Below, one piece after another: positions 58,146 through 64,000 of a stretch of DNA of 64,000 bases. Within the stretch, counting starts at the first letter, position 1. Each line of letters begins with the position of its first letter. Source of the DNA: Parvularcula marina (lineage in GTDB: Bacteria > Pseudomonadota > Alphaproteobacteria > Caulobacterales > Parvularculaceae); NCBI RefSeq assembly GCF_003399445.1, contig NZ_QUQO01000002.1, positions 316,290 to 380,289 of the forward strand, in the 5' to 3' direction. The translations under genes and the position numbers were made by a program. Below the pieces are notes generated by a model. The model was not told the origin of the DNA. It worked only from the letters and a program-made list of their open reading frames with translations, and did no database searches.

Positions 58146-59158
58146 GCGGGCAGCACGGGTTCGGCCTTCGCCCCGATCAGGACGATATAGGCAAGATAAG
58201 CGATGACGAAGATCGCGCCGACCGGCCGGCTGATCCGGCCCTTGCTGAAGATCAGGGCCGAGACGATGATCGCCGCGGCGATCATCATTGGCAAATCATA
58301 GAGCTTGAGGGCTTCTGACTGGGCAAAGCCTGTCGTGCCGGTCACGCCCATGGCGCCGCCGACAAACAGGATGTTGAAGATGTTCGAGCCGACAATATTG
58401 CCGCAGGCGACATCCGCCTCATTCTTGCGGGCAGCGGCCCAGACAGTCGCAAGCTCGGGCAGGGAGGTGCCGAAGGCCACGATGGTGAGGCCGATCAGCT
58501 CGTCCCGGACACCAAGTGCTGAGGCAAGGTCCGCCCCTGAATTGACGAGCAGCGTGGCGCCGACCGGCAGCAGGACGAGGCCCGTAATCAGGAAGAACAA
58601 AGTCTTGGGGATCGGCATGCCCGAGGCATCATCCTCGGCGCCAAGGTCGCCCATGACTTCTGATTCGATCAGCTCTTTTTCGGGGCTGCCGGGCCGCATC
58701 GCGGCATAGGCGACATATCCGACATAAATGAGAATGCCGCCGAGCAGGACGAGACCCATCTGCGTGTCGAGGCTTTCATGGACATAGACGATATACGCAA
58801 AGAGCGCGGTTGCCACGAGCATCACGGCGGTGTGACGCTTGAGCCCCGGGAAATGGAACGCAATCGGCGCGATCATCGCCGGCAGGCCGAGGACGAGCAG
58901 GATATTGGCGATGTTGGAGCCGACAATATTGCCAACAGCGATGCCGTTATTGCCAGCAAGGACAGCCTGGATCGAGACGACGAGCTCTGGCGCCGAGGTG
59001 CCGAAGGCAACGATCGTCAGGCCGATCAGGAGGCTGGGGATACCGAGATGAGCCGCGAGGCTGACGGCGCCGCGCACCAGCCAGTCACCGCCGACAAGCA
59101 GCAGAACGATGCCAACGATAACCAGCCCAATATCCAGTCCAACATCAGCAAGCATCAA
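58142..59158 (-). CDS. Ca2+/Na+ antiporter (CaCA family, YrbG-like)
   Basis: Two internal alpha-repeat regions (GNIVGSNIANILLVLG and GNIVGSNIFNILFVGG) and 10 TM helices. Confidence 0.8.
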   Translation of the reverse strand: MMLADVGLDIGLVIVGIVLLLVGGDWLVRGAVSLAAHLGIPSLLIGLTIVAFGTSAPELVVSIQAVLAGNNGIAVGNIVGSNIANILLVLGLPAMIAPIAFHFPGLKRHTAVMLVATALFAYIVYVHESLDTQMGLVLLGGILIYVGYVAYAAMRPGSPEKELIESEVMGDLGAEDDASGMPIPKTLFFLITGLVLLPVGATLLVNSGADLASALGVRDELIGLTIVAFGTSLPELATVWAAARKNEADVACGNIVGSNIFNILFVGGAMGVTGTTGFAQSEALKLYDLPMMIAAAIIVSALIFSKGRISRPVGAIFVIAYLAYIVLIGAKAEPVLPA

Positions 59159-59512
59159 TTCGGCCCCTTAATTACGCACATTCAGGCCAGCCCGGCCCAT
59201 CACTCTCCCTCTGGCAGGGAGATAAAGCCTTGAGGGTCAGTCCCAGCGGCCTTTTTCGATGATGTTGAGTGCGACGAAGGAGAGCACGAAAGCAAAAATC
59301 ATGATGAGGGCGGGGCTAAGAAGGAACATATGGGGTCGGTCCTCATTTCCGTAAATGACGTGAATTGGTGTCTTCTCGATGCCCTCTAGCGGGCACCGTA
59401 TGGTTTCGCCAGTGGGCACCGTCAGGAGACTCACTCCTGACCTTGTACGCGAAGATAGGTCAGCGTATGCGCCGCGGCCAGTGCAAAGGCCCGAGTGGCA
59501 GGAGCTTTTATC

Positions 59513-60286
59513 ATGTTTGAGACCATTGAGACGCGCAATGAAGGCAATGTGACGCTGATTACGCTCTCCCGTCCGGACGCCCTGAATGCGCTCAATGCCC
59601 AGCTGATGGGCGAACTGACGCAGGCCGTGAAGCAGGCGGAAGAAGACACCGCCATCGGCGCGATCGTCATCACCGGTTCGGAGAAAGCCTTCGCCGCTGG
59701 CGCCGACATCAAGGAAATGGCCGATCTCGAATTCTCGCAAGTCTTCAATGAGGACAAAGTCAGCGCGGCGATGGATGAGATCACCCGCTGCCGCAAGCCG
59801 ATCATCGCGGCTGTTGCTGGCTATGCGCTCGGTGGCGGCTGTGAGCTTGCCATGATGTGTGACTTCATCATTGCGGCGGACACGGCAAAATTCGGCCAGC
59901 CGGAAATCACTATCGGCGTCATCCCCGGCATTGGCGGTACCCAGCGCCTGACCCGCTTCATTGGCAAATCAAAGGCAATGGAGATGTGCCTGACCGGCCG
60001 GATGATGGGCGCTGAAGAAGCCGAACGCGCAGGGCTCGTCTCACGCATCGTTCCGGCAGCGGAGCTTGTGAGCAATGCCCTCGAAGTGGCGCAGCGAATC
60101 GCCGAGTTCTCTCGCCCGGTTGTGATGATGGCCAAGGAATGCGTGAACCGCGCCTATGAGACGACACTCACCGAAGGTGTCCTCTTTGAGCGCCGGGTCT
60201 TTAACTCGGTCTTCGCGCTTGAAGATCAGAAGGAAGGCATGACGGCCTTCGTCGAAAAGCGTAAAGCCGCCTTCAAAAACCGCTAA
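59513..60286 (+). CDS. Enoyl-CoA hydratase/isomerase family protein
   Basis: Crotonase-fold motifs ([14 protein letters not shown] and [13 protein letters not shown]). GGAG lies 8 nt upstream of the ATG at 59513. Confidence 0.85.
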   Translation: MFETIETRNEGNVTLITLSRPDALNALNAQLMGELTQAVKQAEEDTAIGAIVITGSEKAFAAGADIKEMADLEFSQVFNEDKVSAAMDEITRCRKPIIAAVAGYALGGGCELAMMCDFIIAADTAKFGQPEITIGVIPGIGGTQRLTRFIGKSKAMEMCLTGRMMGAEEAERAGLVSRIVPAAELVSNALEVAQRIAEFSRPVVMMAKECVNRAYETTLTEGVLFERRVFNSVFALEDQKEGMTAFVEKRKAAFKNR

Positions 60287-60309
60287 CCCAGTTAGGCCGG
60301 ATACCGCCC

Positions 60310-62217
60310 ATGCATGATACGGTCCTCGTCGTTACCCTGATCGGGATTCTCGGAATCGGGGCCCAATGGATCGCGTGGCGCACAAATATGCCCGCCATCG
60401 TATTGATGGCGATTGCCGGGCTGATCGTCGGGCCGTTCCTTGGCATCCTCAAGCCGGAGGAGACCTTCGGCGAATTCTACCGGCCGATCATTTCTCTCGC
60501 CGTCGCCGTGATCCTCTTTGAGGGCGGACTACAGCTCAAGTTCAGTGAACTGAGAGGATTGAGCCGGGGGATCGGTCAGCTCTTGCTGATCGGTGGGCCG
60601 CTCGTCTGGATCTTTGGTTCGATCGCTGGGTATTACGTCGCGGGGCTCGATTGGCCGACCGCGATCCTCTTTGCCGGGATCATGATCGTGACCGGACCGA
60701 CGGTGATCATTCCGCTCCTGCGGCAGGCCAAGCTCTCGACCCGTCCTTCGGCCATCCTCAAATGGGAGGGGATCGTCAATGATCCCGTCGGCGCACTCGC
60801 GGCCGTCATCACCTTTGAATATGTCATCACCCGGAATATGGCCTCGCTCACGAGCTTTGAGGTCTTTGGCAGCCTGATCTTCGGCTCGATCCTGTGCGTT
60901 GCATGGGGGATTATCGTCGGGCGCGGGCTCGCCGAGGCGTTTCGCCGCGGCTGGGTACCAGAATATCTTAAGGCGCCGATCCTGCTGACCGCCGTTCTCC
61001 TCGCCTTTTCGGTTTCCAACCTGCTGCAGGAAGAGGGCGGCCTGATCGCCGTCACGGTCATGGGCATTACCATGGCCAACTCAAAGCTCCCCTCGATCAA
61101 CCAGATCCGGCATTTCAAGGAGACGATTGCGATCCTCTTCGTCGCCGGGGTTTTTGTTCTGCTCACTGCCAATCTGACGCTTGAGACGCTAGCGATGATC
61201 GATTTGCGGATCATGGGCTTTGTGGCTGTCATGCTCTTCGTTGTGCGCCCTGCCGCCGTCATGCTTTCAACCATGAGGACCGAACTTTCCTTGCAGGAGC
61301 GGCTGCTTGTCAGCTGGATCGCGCCGCGCGGGATCGTGGCGGTTGCGGTTTCTGGTCTCTTCGCAGCGTCAATGACGCCAGAGAACGGGTTCGAGAATGG
61401 TCACCTGATGGTGCCGCTCGCCTTTGCGATGGTGTTCGCGACCGTCATCCTGCACGGCTTCACGATCACGCCCTTGGGCAAGTTTCTTGGCCTTGCCTCT
61501 GATGCCCCGCCGGGCGTCCTGATCGTCGGCGCTTCACCCTGGGCCGTGGCGCTTGCCAAAAGAATCAAGGAGCTTGGCTGTCCGGTTCTGATCACCGACC
61601 CCAGCTTCCGGCGCCTGCGCGAAGCTCGGCAGAAAGGGATCGACACCTTCTATGGCGAGATCCTCTCTGAGGTGACCGAGCACCACATCGAATTTGTCCG
61701 CTATGGCTATCTGCTCGCACTGTCGGGGAATGAGGCGCACAACGCGCTGGTCTGTACCGATCTTGCGCCGGAGATGTCGCGTAATTCGACCTATCAGCTC
61801 TCCGCCAAGGGCCGCGATGACAGCCGCCAGTCAGTGTCTTACGCGCTGCAAGGCCGGTCGTTCCTGTCGGAGAAGACGGGTCTCGAGGACCTCTTGCGCC
61901 GTCACTGGGCTGGCTGGGCATTCCAGTTCACGCGGCTGTCGGAGGAGTTCACTCCGGCCAAATACCGCGAGCGCCTGCCTGAAGAAGCGATGATCGTCAT
62001 GGTCGAGCGCAAGGGCGGTCTTGTCTTCCAGACCAGCGAAGCCCCCATCGAGCTTCAGGTCGGGGACCGCGTCCTCGCTTATGTCCCGCCCGAAACTGGC
62101 CCGCTGCAAAAGCCTTCCAAAAAGAAGGACGAAAAGGCCGCCGGAGAGGGCACGTCTGAAGACGTCAAGGAAATCGAGCGCCGCAAGAGCGAAGCGATCG
62201 ACAAACTCAAGTCTTAA
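60310..62217 (+). CDS. CPA1-family cation:proton (Na+/H+) antiporter with a C-terminal cytoplasmic regulatory domain
   Basis: An N-terminal ~400-aa polytopic Na+/H+ exchanger domain and a C-terminal ~230-aa soluble TrkA-C/RCK-like region. Confidence 0.75.
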   Translation: MHDTVLVVTLIGILGIGAQWIAWRTNMPAIVLMAIAGLIVGPFLGILKPEETFGEFYRPIISLAVAVILFEGGLQLKFSELRGLSRGIGQLLLIGGPLVWIFGSIAGYYVAGLDWPTAILFAGIMIVTGPTVIIPLLRQAKLSTRPSAILKWEGIVNDPVGALAAVITFEYVITRNMASLTSFEVFGSLIFGSILCVAWGIIVGRGLAEAFRRGWVPEYLKAPILLTAVLLAFSVSNLLQEEGGLIAVTVMGITMANSKLPSINQIRHFKETIAILFVAGVFVLLTANLTLETLAMIDLRIMGFVAVMLFVVRPAAVMLSTMRTELSLQERLLVSWIAPRGIVAVAVSGLFAASMTPENGFENGHLMVPLAFAMVFATVILHGFTITPLGKFLGLASDAPPGVLIVGASPWAVALAKRIKELGCPVLITDPSFRRLREARQKGIDTFYGEILSEVTEHHIEFVRYGYLLALSGNEAHNALVCTDLAPEMSRNSTYQLSAKGRDDSRQSVSYALQGRSFLSEKTGLEDLLRRHWAGWAFQFTRLSEEFTPAKYRERLPEEAMIVMVERKGGLVFQTSEAPIELQVGDRVLAYVPPETGPLQKPSKKKDEKAAGEGTSEDVKEIERRKSEAIDKLKS

Positions 62218-62267
62218 CTCCTGATTAATCAACCTCGCCGATAGATTAATGGCGTATGTGATTAGGG

Positions 62268-63152
62268 GTGGCAGCCATGACGGCGGTTCGGGCGGCACGT
62301 TCTCGCCGCCATAAGAACGATTTGCTGAACGTTTATGCGGAGCGTCTTGGTGACGCCATCCGGCGCCATCACTCGGGCGTGGCTTTGCGTGCAGCCAAGG
62401 TTGAGACAGAGCTCGCCTATCGGGCGCGCGGCGCATTCCTCGCTTCGATGAACCACGAGCTTCGGACACCGCTCAATGCGATCACCGGATTCGCCGGGAT
62501 TTTGCGGCAGGCGGAGGAAATGCAGATCACACCTGAGCAGAAGAACGAATATATCGACTATATTCTGCAGTCGGCCGACTTGCTGCTCTCGCATATCAAC
62601 ACGATCCTCGAAATTGCCGATGCCGAAAGCGGCGGCACCAAGCTCTCCCGCCGGGCTGTCGACATCCTCGATGTTCTGACCCAGACGATGGAAGCGCTGG
62701 AGGAAGATGACGCGATCGACGTCACCTTCACCCGTGATTTCGGTGGCGAGCTGCCCCCCGTCGATGTTGATCCGGACAAAGTCGCCATCGCCTTCCGCCA
62801 TCTGGTTGAATTCCTGAACTCGGATGAACCGGTCTCGATCAAGGTCAGCACACGGCGCGGGCTTGCGGGTGAGAGCGCCAATTATGTCTATATCGCCTTT
62901 GATGCGACCGGTACGGAAGTTGACGCCAAGATGATCGATGAGTCCTTGCGCGTATTCGAGCAGGTTCATGAGGGGCTTTACCGCCAGTTCGATCCGCGGC
63001 GGCTCGGCCTGCCGATTGCGAAAAGCTATATCGAACTAAACAAGGGTAAGTTCAGCATCAAGACCAAACCGGATGACGGCGTTCTGATCCGCTTCTCCCT
63101 GCCGGTCGCGAGCGAAGAGCATAAGCGCGCGTTTGAAAGGCTGGCTTCATGA
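62268..63152 (+). CDS. Cytoplasmic sensor histidine kinase (HisKA plus HATPase_c, no TM helices)
   Basis: H-box ASMNHELRTPLNAITGF and a C-terminal ATPase region. The start is either the GTG at 62268 or the ATG at 62277. Confidence 0.75.
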   Translation: MAAMTAVRAARSRRHKNDLLNVYAERLGDAIRRHHSGVALRAAKVETELAYRARGAFLASMNHELRTPLNAITGFAGILRQAEEMQITPEQKNEYIDYILQSADLLLSHINTILEIADAESGGTKLSRRAVDILDVLTQTMEALEEDDAIDVTFTRDFGGELPPVDVDPDKVAIAFRHLVEFLNSDEPVSIKVSTRRGLAGESANYVYIAFDATGTEVDAKMIDESLRVFEQVHEGLYRQFDPRRLGLPIAKSYIELNKGKFSIKTKPDDGVLIRFSLPVASEEHKRAFERLAS

Positions 63153-64000
63153 GTGCGGTCAGCCGTCATGCCACCGTCAGGCTCGGACGGGTCGTTGCCA
63201 ATACGGGGCGCGACGTCCTTGTCCTCATCGATTCCCATGCGGAAGAACGCCCCACCTTGCGGATGGGCGATGTCGTTCTTGCCGCAGGGCGGAATGAGCC
63301 GGCGGTCGGTGTAATATCAGGGATCAACGCGCCAGCTCCGGGCCTTGAGGGCGATGGCGAGGATCTCTGGGTCATTCAGGTCGAACTGACCGGTAGTCTC
63401 AAATCCGACGGCGATGTGCCGGTCTATAGCCGCGGCGTGCCCGCATCCCCTGCGCTTGGCTCCGTCGTGCATCTGGCGACCACCCCTGACCTCAAACTGC
63501 TTCATCGCAATGCGGATGAAACAGCGCTGCCCATCGGGGATGTACAGGGGATCAATGGCGTCAAGGCTACGGTCGATCCGGATATGCTGCTGGATGGCGG
63601 CTTTGCGATCATGGGGGCGTCTGGCACTGGCAAGAGTGCGTCGCTTGCCTGTATCGTCCGGGCGCTTCTGCGTGCGCGATTCCCGATCCATGCGCTCCTG
63701 ATCGATCCTTACAATGAATTCGGCACATCCTTTGGCAAAGCTGCCAGTGTCATTGAGCCGCGACCGGGCCTCTTTCCGCACTGGCTCCTGACTTATGATG
63801 AGCTGGTCTGGGTCCTCTCGATGAGCGGGGATGATCTGGACCGGGATGAACGGGCATTGCTTGATCAGGCCATCCCGTCAGCTCGCCGAAATTTTCTCCA
63901 GCGGCATGGTCAGATCATGGGCTCCGAAGGGGTCTCTATTGATGCGCCGATCCCTTACCGCGTGACGGATCTTCTGACCTTTATCGAGAAGGCGGCTGAG
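63149..64000 (+). CDS. HerA/DUF87-like P-loop ATPase, 3'-truncated by the window end
   Basis: Translated by hand from the ATG at 63149 (an ATGA overlap with the kinase stop). Walker A IMGASGTGKSAS is preceded by the HerA-type N-terminal barrel region. The frame is open to the window end. Confidence 0.6.
   Translation, partial: MSAVSRHATVRLGRVVANTGRDVLVLIDSHAEERPTLRMGDVVLAAGRNEPAVGVISGINAPAPGLEGDGEDLWVIQVELTGSLKSDGDVPVYSRGVPASPALGSVVHLATTPDLKLLHRNADETALPIGDVQGINGVKATVDPDMLLDGGFAIMGASGTGKSASLACIVRALLRARFPIHALLIDPYNEFGTSFGKAASVIEPRPGLFPHWLLTYDELVWVLSMSGDDLDRDERALLDQAIPSARRNFLQRHGQIMGSEGVSIDAPIPYRVTDLLTFIEKAAE

Overview
This is a high-GC (~63%) stretch of chromosome that looks alphaproteobacterial, with marine Hyphomonadaceae- or Parvularcula-like gene content. 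I found no rRNA, CRISPR array, integrase or transposase. The window opens with the distal half of a type II secretion operon (gspH C-terminus, then gspI, J, K, L, M, N, joined by ATGA/TGATG overlaps). Most of the rest is housekeeping or transport: a CDF efflux protein, a LOG-family protein, YjbQ, a Fsa/TalC-type aldolase, an Nramp transporter, TsaC/Sua5, an acyl-CoA dehydrogenase, LolE and LolD, a cytochrome P450, an ABC-F ATPase, ndk, RlmB, a DksA/TraR-like protein, an aldehyde dehydrogenase, a malic enzyme, CobS, M28 and M2 peptidases, a QueD-FolB-SDR-Na/Ca antiporter pterin operon, an enoyl-CoA hydratase and a CPA1 antiporter. Three loci look accessory. The first (26.3-30.6 kb) is a secreted calcium-binding cluster: an ArsR-SRPBCC operon with tandem dyad operators, a tail-collar protein, an EF-hand protein, and an RTX-repeat protein whose N-terminus is an Rpf-like transglycosylase domain. 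The second (30.9-31.0 kb) is an aberrant tRNA-like element with a CAT anticodon and a broken acceptor stem, preceded by an orphan T-arm fragment and followed by an SPFH protein plus two lipoproteins. The third (35.7-36.3 kb) is tRNA-Tyr followed by a small GIY-YIG nuclease gene bracketed by ~120-bp direct repeats. Further on there are tRNA-Gly(UCC), a 1642-aa protein with an N-terminal RTX block, and a window-end pair of a cytoplasmic histidine kinase overlapping a HerA/DUF87-like P-loop ATPase. Many long ORFs in the six-frame track are antisense artefacts of GC-rich coding sequence and are listed as rejected.
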